This document shows, in pieces, positions 1 to 9,932 of a stretch of 64,000 bases of DNA. The translations under genes and the position numbers were made by a program. The notes beneath the pieces are model-generated. The model was not told the origin of the DNA. It saw only the letters and a program-made list of their open reading frames with translations, and did no database searches. Source of the stretch: a virus (taxonomy: Duplodnaviria; Caudoviricetes); IMG/VR virus record IMGVR_UViG_3300009158_002556, positions 16,927-80,926 of that record. One strand, 5' to 3'. Numbering within the stretch: the stretch's first letter is position 1; every line of letters begins with the position of its first letter.

Positions 1-2
1 CA

Positions 3-1043
3 TCATATGTCAAAAGAAGAGATACCAGACGTAAAGAATTTGTTTGGAAAATACCAAAAAATACTCTTATTGTTTGGGATGAAGCACAAAAACTAAAAAA
101 CGCCAAGACCAAGAATAGTGAAACTTGTATGGCCGCACTCAAAGCTGGATACAAGATGTTGTTTTGCAGTGCTACTATGGCAACCAATCCACTGGAGTTA
201 AGAACAGTGGGACAATGTATTCAGTTGTTTAAGAACAGCAAGCAATATTATGAATGGGCCTATGCACATGGAGTTGTAAGAGGTAGATTTGGCATGGAAT
301 TTACAGGCGATAAAAAATCGTTAGCCAAACTAAGCAGTGACATTTTTATAAATAGAGGTGTTCGTCTTAATCGTGATACCATACCTAACTTTCCAGAAAG
401 TCAAATTACAGCGGAATGTTATGAAATGGAAAAAGAGGATCAAGACAAAATTAATAAAGCATATGGAGAAATGCAATTGGAGTTGTTAAAAATTGAAAAA
501 CAACTCAAAAAAGACAAGGGTCAAACCCAAATGGTTGCAATGCTTCGTGCTAGACAAAAAGTTGAAATGTTTAAAGTACCTCTCATTATAGAAATGGCCG
601 AAGAAGGTATTGAGAATGGTATGAGTGTGGTTATATTCTGTAATTTTACCGAAACTATCAATGCATTATCAGATAGACTCAAGACCAAATGTATTGTCAA
701 TGGTGTTGTATCAGATAAAGATAGACAACAAGCTGTTGATGATTTTCAATCGGATAAAAGTAGAATAATACTTGTCAATATCGCAGCCGGCGGTGCAGGA
801 TTAAATTTACACGATTTAAATGGTAATTTTCCAAGATTGTCGTTAATATGTCCTTCGTACTCGGCTGTATTGATGCGACAATCCACAGGAAGAGTATGGC
901 GTGATAGTGCTAAAACAAAGAGTATACAAAAGATTGTATTCGTGGCAAATACGGTCGAAGAACAAGTCTGTAATAGTGTAAATCAGAAACTAAGCAACCT
1001 AGATCTATTAAATGATGGAGATTTGAATTATGGCAAAAACTAA
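3..1043 (+). CDS. SNF2-like superfamily 2 helicase, 5' partial
   Basis: Frame is open from base 3 (SYVKRR...LIVWDEAQKLKN, Walker B) upstream of the ORF-track start at 129; SAT motif, IAAGGAGLNL and QSTGRVWR helicase C-terminal motifs. Confidence 0.85.
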   Translation, partial: SYVKRRDTRRKEFVWKIPKNTLIVWDEAQKLKNAKTKNSETCMAALKAGYKMLFCSATMATNPLELRTVGQCIQLFKNSKQYYEWAYAHGVVRGRFGMEFTGDKKSLAKLSSDIFINRGVRLNRDTIPNFPESQITAECYEMEKEDQDKINKAYGEMQLELLKIEKQLKKDKGQTQMVAMLRARQKVEMFKVPLIIEMAEEGIENGMSVVIFCNFTETINALSDRLKTKCIVNGVVSDKDRQQAVDDFQSDKSRIILVNIAAGGAGLNLHDLNGNFPRLSLICPSYSAVLMRQSTGRVWRDSAKTKSIQKIVFVANTVEEQVCNSVNQKLSNLDLLNDGDLNYGKN

Positions 1044-1380
1044 AACAATAAAGTTTAATGTAAGTTCCGCTAATTGGAAAATGAATGTTGATATAGACCC
1101 AGACATTTTTGATGATGCATATGTAGAAGCATGTACCAGAGCTGTTGAGATGAAATCAAGTTCAATTCATATGACCGAAGAAGATTTTCTGGTTAATCCA
1201 GTTATAATGTGCAAACCAATAAAATTGTCTGATGGTAAATCCAAGTATATCAATACATACAAAGTTTTATTAAATGCCAGTATGTTTGTACGAGCCGAAA
1301 TTCTTAGGAAAATATTTGAAAGTACAACTAATGTAGACTTAGCAAAAGAACCACTATCAGCATCTTTAAAAAATGACTAA
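1030..1380 (+). CDS. hypothetical protein
   Basis: 116-aa ORF overlapping both neighbours; no motif recognised. Confidence 0.7.
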   Translation: MAKTKTIKFNVSSANWKMNVDIDPDIFDDAYVEACTRAVEMKSSSIHMTEEDFLVNPVIMCKPIKLSDGKSKYINTYKVLLNASMFVRAEILRKIFESTTNVDLAKEPLSASLKND

Positions 1381-2128
1381 CGAAAATCCATCTTACAATT
1401 TTGAATTAATTAACAAAAAATTAGCAGAACTTGATGCCTTAAAGGAAAAAATAGAAAAGTTATATAGTTTAAGTGAGATTGGTGATGATGTTAGACGAGA
1501 ACTAGATGAATACAAAGTCCTTCGTGAAAAAGGTGTAAACATTCCACATCTAGAAAAAGAGTTTGCTGATCAGATATATCCAAGTAGAGGTGGCAGAAGT
1601 AAAAAGAATAAACCAATTGTTGAGTCGGAAATTAAAGAAGCATTAGAAAAGTCTACATCAGCCAGAAAAGCAGCAAAACGATTGGGTGTTAGTTATCAAA
1701 CATTTAAAACATACGCAAAGAAGTATGGTGTACATAAAACACCAGGATGGCCACCAACCAAGAAAAACTTTGTGAACAGAGTATTGGTTGACCCCAATAA
1801 AGGTAAGTATCCAATTCAAGATGTGTTGGATGGCAAATATCCAAACTTTCCAGTACATCGATTAAAAGATAAACTGGTTAGATCCAATATCAAAAAAGCA
1901 GAATGTGAACAATGTGGTTTTCATGAACGTAGAATTACAGATGGTAAACTACCACTATTGGTAAACTTTGAAGATGGTAATAAACACAATCATGCATTGG
2001 CCAATCTAAAATTGTTGTGTTATAATTGTACATTCACCAGTGGTAAAGGATACATAAGTAGAGGGCCAAAGATATTTGACCCAGATATACTACAAGATAG
2101 TAAAAAGATTCTTAAACAAAGGTTTTAG
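1373..2128 (+). CDS. HTH plus degenerate HNH/zinc-finger protein
   Basis: N-terminal coiled coil, HTH-like SARKAAKRLGVSYQTF, C-terminal CEQC...VNFEDGNKHN...LLCYNC with HNH layout but no catalytic His. Confidence 0.65.
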   Translation: MTNENPSYNFELINKKLAELDALKEKIEKLYSLSEIGDDVRRELDEYKVLREKGVNIPHLEKEFADQIYPSRGGRSKKNKPIVESEIKEALEKSTSARKAAKRLGVSYQTFKTYAKKYGVHKTPGWPPTKKNFVNRVLVDPNKGKYPIQDVLDGKYPNFPVHRLKDKLVRSNIKKAECEQCGFHERRITDGKLPLLVNFEDGNKHNHALANLKLLCYNCTFTSGKGYISRGPKIFDPDILQDSKKILKQRF

Positions 2129-3132
2129 TTTCTTGTAATAGTAAACATACAAGGTTTTGATAAATCAAATCGTACAGATTTGTCACATTTCATCTGTGAT
2201 GTTTTAATTTCTACAAACTTTGAACAATTAAATTTGTTCCAATTTTTAGGCAAAACTTCATGTAGTGTAGTAATAGTATTACCTGAAGAATCTATAGTAG
2301 TGTATTGTATATATACAGATGTATCATCAGATCCATTATGCATAAAAAATTCGGTATTATTGTTGACGGGTGTCATTAATATACTACCATAAACTACATC
2401 GTTACGAAAACCAATATCGCCACCTGATTCACAAACACCGATATTTTCAATATGATCATATGTGGATGGTTTATCTAAATATTCACAATCGTTTTTGATT
2501 ATGTTATAAAACAATTCTTCAAATACCGGAGATAAATTACGGCCGTATAAACTATGTATGAATTTTATATAATCTTCTTCGGTTTCCATCTCTGGTATAA
2601 TCGAGTCAATGTAGTTCACATCAATTAGAAAAAAATTGGTTGTACAACCAAAGTCATCTTTGAGTATCATACACGTTTTACTTTTTTCAGTAGATCCAAA
2701 AGACTTGAATATGGTATTCATAAGATCATAATTCTTGAATACTATATCATATTCAGATCGTATCATGTGTTCATAACCATAACTTTTAAGAACCTTACAA
2801 ATCTTTTTAATATTATATAATATGGTCCAATTTGTAAATCCGTGAATATAGCTTTTACCACTTAAATTAATTTCACCAAATTCATCGTATAGTTGAAACC
2901 TCCAATTTATAGTACTACACAAACTATATTTAGATTTATCAGTGAGTAGTCTGTTTTTTGAATCATATTCGAAATACTTTATGTTTTCAAACTTATCAAA
3001 GCTAATCATTTTGTTTGAAATGACAAAAACATCGAATCCTTGTTTAATGAAATTAGTTACATTATAATCAAACCACTTTTTCTTTTCTTCACTACTAATA
3101 AACGCATCTATAAAAATTGCAGGTTTCTTCAT
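2125..3132 (-). CDS. hypothetical protein, possibly GT-A-like glycosyltransferase
   Basis: 335-aa ORF; RSEYDIVF resembles a DxD-type motif after a Rossmann-like start. Weak call. Confidence 0.4.
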   Translation of the reverse strand: MKKPAIFIDAFISSEEKKKWFDYNVTNFIKQGFDVFVISNKMISFDKFENIKYFEYDSKNRLLTDKSKYSLCSTINWRFQLYDEFGEINLSGKSYIHGFTNWTILYNIKKICKVLKSYGYEHMIRSEYDIVFKNYDLMNTIFKSFGSTEKSKTCMILKDDFGCTTNFFLIDVNYIDSIIPEMETEEDYIKFIHSLYGRNLSPVFEELFYNIIKNDCEYLDKPSTYDHIENIGVCESGGDIGFRNDVVYGSILMTPVNNNTEFFMHNGSDDTSVYIQYTTIDSSGNTITTLHEVLPKNWNKFNCSKFVEIKTSQMKCDKSVRFDLSKPCMFTITRN

Positions 3133-3176
3133 AATAAAAATAAGTATTTTGATTATTTTTTAATATTTAATTTTAA

Positions 3177-3653
3177 ATGTCTAACTTTTCTCATTTATTA
3201 TCAAAACACGGAGTGATGTCTAGTTTTAATATCGCTAGGAAAATAAAAACCAGTGATATCAATAAAATTAAGAATAACATTATTGACAAATCCGATTCAA
3301 AACCAGATATTCTTAACAAATTGATATTATTAAAACAAGAAAGTCGATTTATGGATGACATACCTGGATTGATAATAGATGTAGAAAAATCAGACATGAT
3401 GATATACTTCGACGGACTTCCGACTCATGTAAAAAAAATTCTGGTACAAATATCAAATCAATTTGCTGCAAAGTCTATTGAAAAGAAATTAAATACACCA
3501 GAAATATTGGTGGCAATTCAACTGATATTTAATCAGTTAGGCATCGAATCCCAAGACCTACGTGACTTTAATAGAATGTTTAATAATCTTCCCCCACAAG
3601 ATAATATTGATGATGAAGAGGACGATGATGATGGTGAAGACGATGAATTTTAA
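3177..3653 (+). CDS. hypothetical protein with acidic C-terminal tail
   Basis: 158-aa ORF ending DDEEDDDDGEDDEF. Confidence 0.7.
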   Translation: MSNFSHLLSKHGVMSSFNIARKIKTSDINKIKNNIIDKSDSKPDILNKLILLKQESRFMDDIPGLIIDVEKSDMMIYFDGLPTHVKKILVQISNQFAAKSIEKKLNTPEILVAIQLIFNQLGIESQDLRDFNRMFNNLPPQDNIDDEEDDDDGEDDEF

Positions 3654-4783
3654 ATATTATTTATTGTATTAACAAACCAACTAATTTGTTCTGGTGTAAC
3701 ACTATAATGTAATCCAACATACAAACCATTTTCGTTAATAATGTCTGCGTGAGGATAATCCCCATTAGCATATTTCTTAAATGCAGTTTGTTTTAATAAG
3801 TTACCACCAATAATAGGACGATATTCTATACCTTTACGTTTACAGAAGTTTTTAATCTTATCAATAGTTTCTTTATTTTTTGCAATAATTGGCAAACTAA
3901 ATAAATTGTCTTCATTCTTGACTTGAACATTATAGAAAGAGTTTTGATCCAATAATGATGTAAATATCTCGCCACAGAATTTTCTATGACTTGTATATAA
4001 AGGAACACGTTTAAAATCTAATAAACCAATATACGCATGTATATCACTATTTCTAAAATTATTCCCTATACAATAAAAATCAAATAATGGATCTACATCT
4101 GGATTTTTATATTTTTCTTGATTCTCTGGTGGTAAATGACGATACATACCATGATTACGAATCATGTTGAATAGTTCATATTCTTTTTCATCATTGGTAA
4201 ATACAAACCCACCCTCAACACTTTGTAACATATGACCAAAATAAGTGCTTGTGGTTGATGTAAAAAATGAAGCAATATTTCTACCCCTAAACTTTGTAAA
4301 GGTACTTTCACAACTATCCAACATGATTCTAACCTTATACTTGGTTTTAAGATAGTTCAATTTATCAATGTCAGGTGAAATACCTAACAATGCAGTAATA
4401 AAGATTGTTCCAACCTCCGGGTCTTTCTTGAGAATATTTTCTACTTGATCCAGATCGATTGATAGATTGTTCAATTTAACATCTACAAAAACTGGTTCAA
4501 ATCCACACTTAATAAACGGAGTGATAGATGTAGCCCAAGTTACGGCCGGAAAAATGATCTTTCGTTTAGTTTCTACTTGATCAAGATAATAAGCAAGTAA
4601 AGTATTTGCTGTTGATCCACTTGATACAAATAAGGCATATTTACTACCAACGTATTTAGCCATCTTTTGCTCAAACTTTTGAACTTGTTTTCCATATGTC
4701 CAGAAATTGTTAGTATTTAAAAAGAATCCACATATCTTAAGTCTATCCCAAAACGTAAAGTGATTTGTATTTAGCTTCCACAT
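3650..4783 (-). CDS. colD: DegT/DnrJ family PLP enzyme, ColD-type GDP-4-keto-6-deoxymannose 3-dehydratase-like
   Basis: VSSGSTAN, LDSCES and STYFGHMLQSVEGG; His sits at the position of the usual Schiff-base Lys, as in ColD; divergent from gmd. Confidence 0.7.
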   Translation of the reverse strand: MWKLNTNHFTFWDRLKICGFFLNTNNFWTYGKQVQKFEQKMAKYVGSKYALFVSSGSTANTLLAYYLDQVETKRKIIFPAVTWATSITPFIKCGFEPVFVDVKLNNLSIDLDQVENILKKDPEVGTIFITALLGISPDIDKLNYLKTKYKVRIMLDSCESTFTKFRGRNIASFFTSTTSTYFGHMLQSVEGGFVFTNDEKEYELFNMIRNHGMYRHLPPENQEKYKNPDVDPLFDFYCIGNNFRNSDIHAYIGLLDFKRVPLYTSHRKFCGEIFTSLLDQNSFYNVQVKNEDNLFSLPIIAKNKETIDKIKNFCKRKGIEYRPIIGGNLLKQTAFKKYANGDYPHADIINENGLYVGLHYSVTPEQISWFVNTINNI

Positions 4784-4884
4784 ATGATATATGTATGAAT
4801 TTTAAAGTATGATTTATAATTTTATTTCAATTAAAATAATGTTGTATTACATAGAAAAAATACGTATCTATAAAGATTAATTGT

Positions 4885-6015
4885 ATGGAAGTTTTAAACA
4901 TCAAAGACGCACAGAGTTTTATTAACAATCGCAAAGTTGTATTTATTACCGGAGTAACAGGCCAAGATGGTAGTCACTTGGTTGATTATCTATTAGAAAC
5001 CACCGACTATTTCATAATTGGTGGGGCCAGAAGACTAAGTACAAAGAATCACGAAAACATCAGTCATATAAAAAATGACAGATTCAAACTAGTTAACTTT
5101 GATCTGAGTGATGTACATAGCATAAACAAAATTGTACAAGATCTTAAACCAGATTACTTTGTCAATTTGGCAGCACAAACCTTTGTTGGTTCATCATGGG
5201 ATTTTCCAGCACAAACATGGGAATGTAATACTACTGCTATTATTCATATTCTTGAAGCTATCAGACAACATAAACCAACTTGTAGATTTTATAACGCTGG
5301 CAGCAGTGAAGAATTTGGTGATGTTGAATATATTCCGCAAGATGAAAAACATCCATCTAAACCACGTAGTCCGTATGGTGCTAGTAAATCCGCCGCGAGA
5401 CAATTAGTTAAAGTATACAGAGAAAGTTATAATCTATATGCAATTCAAGGATTATTGTTCAATCATGAAGGCACTAGAAGAGGTGAAGAGTTTGTTACAC
5501 GTAAAATTACAAAGGGAGTAGCTAGAATCAAAAAAGCTATAGTTGAAGGTAAATCATTTGATTCAATCGAATTGGGTAATGTAAAAGCCAAAAGAGATTG
5601 GAGTGATGCGGAAGATTTTGTTAAAGGTATTTGGTTAATGTTAAATCAAGAAAAATGTAGAGTTGATATGGATAGTAATATGAAAATTGAAGAATATGTG
5701 TTATCTAGTAATGAAACACATACCATTGCAGAATTTGTATGGCATGCATTTAAAGCGGCTGATATTGAAGGTGCATGGCACGGACAAGCTGAATCCGCTG
5801 AATTTAGTATTAGTACAAAAGATGCAATCAAATATGAACCAGTGTCTTCTGTATTGGTTAAAATCAATCCTAAGTTTTATAGACCTGCTGAAGTGGACTT
5901 ATTACTGGGTGATAGCACCAAAGCCAGAAAAGAATTGGGATGGAAACCAGAAACTGACTTTGAAGGACTAATAAAAAAGATGGTTATTAACGATTTAAAA
6001 CAGGTCGGACTATAA
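4885..6015 (+). CDS. gmd: GDP-mannose 4,6-dehydratase
   Basis: ITGVTGQDGS, NLAAQTFV, SPYGASK, FNHEG, FVTRKIT and RDWSDAED motifs. Confidence 0.95.
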   Translation: MEVLNIKDAQSFINNRKVVFITGVTGQDGSHLVDYLLETTDYFIIGGARRLSTKNHENISHIKNDRFKLVNFDLSDVHSINKIVQDLKPDYFVNLAAQTFVGSSWDFPAQTWECNTTAIIHILEAIRQHKPTCRFYNAGSSEEFGDVEYIPQDEKHPSKPRSPYGASKSAARQLVKVYRESYNLYAIQGLLFNHEGTRRGEEFVTRKITKGVARIKKAIVEGKSFDSIELGNVKAKRDWSDAEDFVKGIWLMLNQEKCRVDMDSNMKIEEYVLSSNETHTIAEFVWHAFKAADIEGAWHGQAESAEFSISTKDAIKYEPVSSVLVKINPKFYRPAEVDLLLGDSTKARKELGWKPETDFEGLIKKMVINDLKQVGL

Positions 6016-6024
6016 TTATACAAT

Positions 6025-7512
6025 ATGAGCGACACTTATACATTATATAATGAAACGGTAATGGATCATTTCATGAACCCAAGAAATATGGGCGATATAA
6101 AAGACGCAGATGCTACTGGTGAAGTAGGCGCCGCAGCGTGTTTTTCGGGAGACACTCTAATAGCCACGGCGGATGGTAACTTACATACTCCTATTAAAAA
6201 TCTGGTTAATAAAATAATGCCTGTTTGGAGTTTTAATATAAAAACAAATTTATTTGAAATAAAAAATGCTATTGGAGTTGTTTCTGGTGTTAAAAAAGTA
6301 TATAAATTGACTTTGAATGATGGTGGTGAAGTAATATGTACTGAAGATCATAAGTTTTTAACTCGGCCAAAAAAACAATATGTTGAAAACAAAGTATTAA
6401 CAATAGATGATTCAATTTATCCGTTTAAACGAAAAATAATTAAAAATGGATATTGGGAAATTAGAAAATCTAAACATAGAAAAGAACATATTGAAATTTA
6501 TAAATTTCATAATCCAAATCATAATACAGATGGTTATGATATACATCATATAGATGAAAATAAAAGAAATAATCGTATAAGTAATTTTCAGGGATTATTA
6601 AAGTCAGAACATATTAAATTAACTAATCCAAATTGGGATAAACCAAAGACATTTGATGTATGCATTAAAAAAGATGTTTTATTAGAAAATATAGATAAAT
6701 TTGATGATAAAAGTGAGTTGGCAAATCATTTTGGAATATATACAGATCATTTAATGTATATAATTGGATATTATGATATTGATAAAAGATTCAAAAAACT
6801 AACCACTGAAGAACAAAGAAAATTAATATCTCAAAGACAAAGTGGTAAGAATAATTGTTATCATAAAATGTCAGATGAATGGAAACAAAACTTTGCTTCC
6901 AAACCAAAAGAAAAAAACCCTAAATGGTTAGGATATTCAGATGAAGATCTATTTAAAATTGGAAATACTTTATATAAAAAACATGGGAAATTAACAGCAG
7001 ATATTTGGCGAAATAATGCTAAACAAAATAAAATTCCACAAAGTTTATCAACCAGATTTTCATCGTGGAATTATTTTATTGGTGAATGTAAAGGTTATAA
7101 TCACAATATAATAAAACGACAGTATATCGGAGAAATTGAAACTTATACACTACAAGTTGAGGATAATAACAATTATGTTGTTTTATCTCGTATAACACAT
7201 AATGTTGAAGAAGGTATTGTTGTAAAAAATTGTGGTGATATTATGAAGATCACTCTTAAAATTGATGATGCTACACAAACAGTAACTGATGCTAGATTTA
7301 AGACATTTGGGTGTGGCAGTGCGATAGCTGCTTCCAGTATGGCTACTGAATTAATAAAAGGTCGTACTATAGAAGAACTTCAGAAAAATTTTAACAATGA
7401 TGATATTGTTACTGCGTTGGGCGGCCTTCCACCAGTAAAAATCCATTGTTCAGTTTTGGCCACCGAGGCACTTAATGCCGCGTTAGAAAATTACAAAAAT
7501 AAAAATAAATAA
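6025..7512 (+). CDS. iscU: IscU/NifU-N Fe-S scaffold precursor containing an intein (131 aa after splicing)
   Basis: Exteins join to DHFMNPRNMG...GAAA-CGDIMK...ARFKTFGCGSAIA...LPPVKIHCS, with three Cys ligands and the LPPVK motif. Confidence 0.92.
   Translation: MSDTYTLYNETVMDHFMNPRNMGDIKDADATGEVGAAACFSGDTLIATADGNLHTPIKNLVNKIMPVWSFNIKTNLFEIKNAIGVVSGVKKVYKLTLNDGGEVICTEDHKFLTRPKKQYVENKVLTIDDSIYPFKRKIIKNGYWEIRKSKHRKEHIEIYKFHNPNHNTDGYDIHHIDENKRNNRISNFQGLLKSEHIKLTNPNWDKPKTFDVCIKKDVLLENIDKFDDKSELANHFGIYTDHLMYIIGYYDIDKRFKKLTTEEQRKLISQRQSGKNNCYHKMSDEWKQNFASKPKEKNPKWLGYSDEDLFKIGNTLYKKHGKLTADIWRNNAKQNKIPQSLSTRFSSWNYFIGECKGYNHNIIKRQYIGEIETYTLQVEDNNNYVVLSRITHNVEEGIVVKNCGDIMKITLKIDDATQTVTDARFKTFGCGSAIAASSMATELIKGRTIEELQKNFNNDDIVTALGGLPPVKIHCSVLATEALNAALENYKNKNK
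6139..7230 (+). mobile_element. 364-aa intein with HNH homing endonuclease
   Basis: Starts CFSGDT (Cys1), block B CTEDHKF, block F TYTLQVEDNNNY, ends VVKN before Cys+1; central HHIDENKRNNRISN HNH motif and a basic NUMOD-like segment. Confidence 0.92.
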
Positions 7513-7520
7513 ATTAAGTT

Positions 7521-7781
7521 ATGAATAAATTCGAAACACAAACACCAAAGCTAAATTTTAGCATCAAAGATACTCAACCAGTTGCATGTCATGATTGTAA
7601 GGGTCAAGTATTTGCAAATGGTATCATACTCAGAAAAGTTAGTAAAATACTAGCAGGTACTGATAAGGATGCACTTGTTCCAGTAACTATACCATATTGT
7701 GTCAATTGTTTATCTGTTCTAGAAGATTTGTTACCAGACGAATTAAAAAGTAACAATTCAAACAAAATCAGTCTTGTTTAA
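7521..7781 (+). CDS. small zinc-ribbon protein
   Basis: CHDC and CVNC pairs in 86 aa. Confidence 0.65.
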   Translation: MNKFETQTPKLNFSIKDTQPVACHDCKGQVFANGIILRKVSKILAGTDKDALVPVTIPYCVNCLSVLEDLLPDELKSNNSNKISLV

Positions 7782-8205
7782 ATCTATTAATTAGTTGTTG
7801 TACAATATCTCCATGATCGAACGCCATTTGATCATGGGGTATTTCGTTTGCATTGTGCCACTTTACTTCGGCGATTTCTCCAACTTGTGGTTTTAATGTA
7901 TGTGGGTAATTTATTGGTAATATACATCCGTATGTAACTCCAAAACCCCGTCTGATATTACTAATAGGATGCATACCAATCAATTTGAGTTGGTTTTTAA
8001 TCAAAGACACATCTACATTAGTTTCTTCCTTTAACTCTCTGATACCACCATCCAAAGGTATTTCTCCATCATTTATATGACCGCCTGGTATACACCACTT
8101 GTTTCCCTCAAAACTATTCGGAGTTCTTAATGTTAAAAGTACTTGAAGTTTTCCGTCGTTGAGTCTAAACAATAATACATCTGATGTTTTAATCTTATTT
8201 TTCAT
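7768..8205 (-). CDS. NUDIX hydrolase
   Basis: GGHINDGEIPLDGGIRELKEETN Nudix box; C-terminal AFDH. Confidence 0.92.
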   Translation of the reverse strand: MKNKIKTSDVLLFRLNDGKLQVLLTLRTPNSFEGNKWCIPGGHINDGEIPLDGGIRELKEETNVDVSLIKNQLKLIGMHPISNIRRGFGVTYGCILPINYPHTLKPQVGEIAEVKWHNANEIPHDQMAFDHGDIVQQLINRFKQD

Positions 8206-9560
8206 TTAATTCTCTTGGGAAAATGATCTAACTTTGATATAACATAATTATCGTCGTATGTAGCCCAAAATTGATTTTTATCAACATACCAGTTGTGATA
8301 TACATCCATATTGAAGGTATTAGATAGTGTATAATCTAATTTTACATCATTATGATCTAAGTACTCAATTTCCGCTCCAAACTTTCCACATATTACCTTG
8401 TTTCCAAATTTCTTGGCAGTATATGTACACAATCCAAAACCCTCACCTCTATTCAATGTGAAATACACATCTGAAAAATAATGTATGGTTTGTATCTGAA
8501 TGTCATTTAAATTATCAAAACAGAAAAATATACTAGGTGGATTTGTGTAATTTTTGATCAACAATGATATTTTATACTTCAGAGCTTCGGTCTGTGAACG
8601 ATCAAATTCTTTATAGAATGTTTTGATTAATAAACAAACATTATCATTCTTAGTAAATTTATCACAGAAAACTTTTATTAACTGGTCTATATTTTTACGT
8701 TCATTATATTGACTAATATTGTAGTATACAGTCTTACCACGAATACATTGTTCTATATAATCAGTATCTTTTATATACGACTGATTTTTATACAACAGGA
8801 ACTTATGTGTAATGTTATTTATATTATCAATAACATTCGAATTTATAGGAAATATATCATGGTACCAAACATTTATTTTTTTATTGATACCACTATTTAA
8901 AAACACATCCTCGTTGAAATAAGATGGAACTATAACTTCGTCAACTGAATTATTAATATAACTTACCCAATCACCATGTAGTTTTGTAGTTTCCCACACC
9001 GTTAAACCATATACTCTTTTACCTCTTTGTATAGTTTTTACTATAGCTGGCCACGCGTCTGGAACGTGGTGTATAATGACACAATCATAGTCTATCTTTT
9101 TATTTAAACAATCAAATACCCGTTGTTCATATTTGTTACATGGACTATATGATTGTACACCAAATCTGGAAGTATCCCACGTAACATCAAATCCATTTTC
9201 TAACAATTGATATATATAATTTCTAGCAGCATAGCTATATCCACTATGATTGTTTTGAGATATATATAGTATTTTTTTACCTTGTAAAAACGAGGTATTT
9301 TTGAACTCATATTCGAATAAAACAATATGGTTCGTCAAAGAAACAACTTTAAATTTTATATTGTTTTTAAAAAAACTTAAAGGTTTATTAAGTCCGGAAT
9401 AAAATATAAACCCGGAATTTATGCTTATTAAATCCGAATGTAATATTGTATTCGTAAATGAATCTTCCCACAAAAACAATACATCTAGGTTACTAACATC
9501 TCCCTGTACATCAATATTTATACCCACTGGATCTATATTTTTATCGGCGAATATTATCAT
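8202..9560 (-). CDS. GT4-like (GT-B) glycosyltransferase with N-terminal extension
   Basis: SGYSYAARNY, TVWET, ERKNIDQL and RGEGFGL motifs. Confidence 0.82.
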   Translation of the reverse strand: MIIFADKNIDPVGINIDVQGDVSNLDVLFLWEDSFTNTILHSDLISINSGFIFYSGLNKPLSFFKNNIKFKVVSLTNHIVLFEYEFKNTSFLQGKKILYISQNNHSGYSYAARNYIYQLLENGFDVTWDTSRFGVQSYSPCNKYEQRVFDCLNKKIDYDCVIIHHVPDAWPAIVKTIQRGKRVYGLTVWETTKLHGDWVSYINNSVDEVIVPSYFNEDVFLNSGINKKINVWYHDIFPINSNVIDNINNITHKFLLYKNQSYIKDTDYIEQCIRGKTVYYNISQYNERKNIDQLIKVFCDKFTKNDNVCLLIKTFYKEFDRSQTEALKYKISLLIKNYTNPPSIFFCFDNLNDIQIQTIHYFSDVYFTLNRGEGFGLCTYTAKKFGNKVICGKFGAEIEYLDHNDVKLDYTLSNTFNMDVYHNWYVDKNQFWATYDDNYVISKLDHFPKRIK

Positions 9561-9590
9561 AACAATTATAACACTTATAACTATATAATA

Positions 9591-9929
9591 TCAATCATGT
9601 AATATTATTTTATTAGACTTGTGTTCTGATACTACTCCAACTTTTTTCTTCAACATGCTTAGTGCTGCTTTGGGATTCATTTTACCAAAGTTAAATCCCA
9701 TAATTCCATATTGCTGACAAAACTCTTCTAGTTCTTGAACGTCTCTTGGATCATATTGTTGTACTTCCGTATTAATATAACCGCTCTCATCAGATACATT
9801 TGATTGTTTACGTCTCAACATAGCTTGATACGGATCAAAGCCATTAATAGATGGCGTAGGCGCACTCTGTTGACGCATTACCATCATAGCTTGTAAGTTG
9901 CCCATAGGCACATTCGGCCATTCATTCAT
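9591..9929 (-). CDS. hypothetical protein
   Basis: 112-aa ORF in a minus-strand run. Confidence 0.7.
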   Translation of the reverse strand: MNEWPNVPMGNLQAMMVMRQQSAPTPSINGFDPYQAMLRRKQSNVSDESGYINTEVQQYDPRDVQELEEFCQQYGIMGFNFGKMNPKAALSMLKKKVGVVSEHKSNKIILHD

Positions 9930-9932
9930 AAC

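Noticed and set aside
3650-7512. IscU dedicated to an Fe-S-dependent E1/RfbH dehydrase
   Set aside because: The PLP enzyme lacks the E1 Cys-rich cluster motif after NHG and no E3 reductase is present, so it looks like Fe-S-independent ColD.
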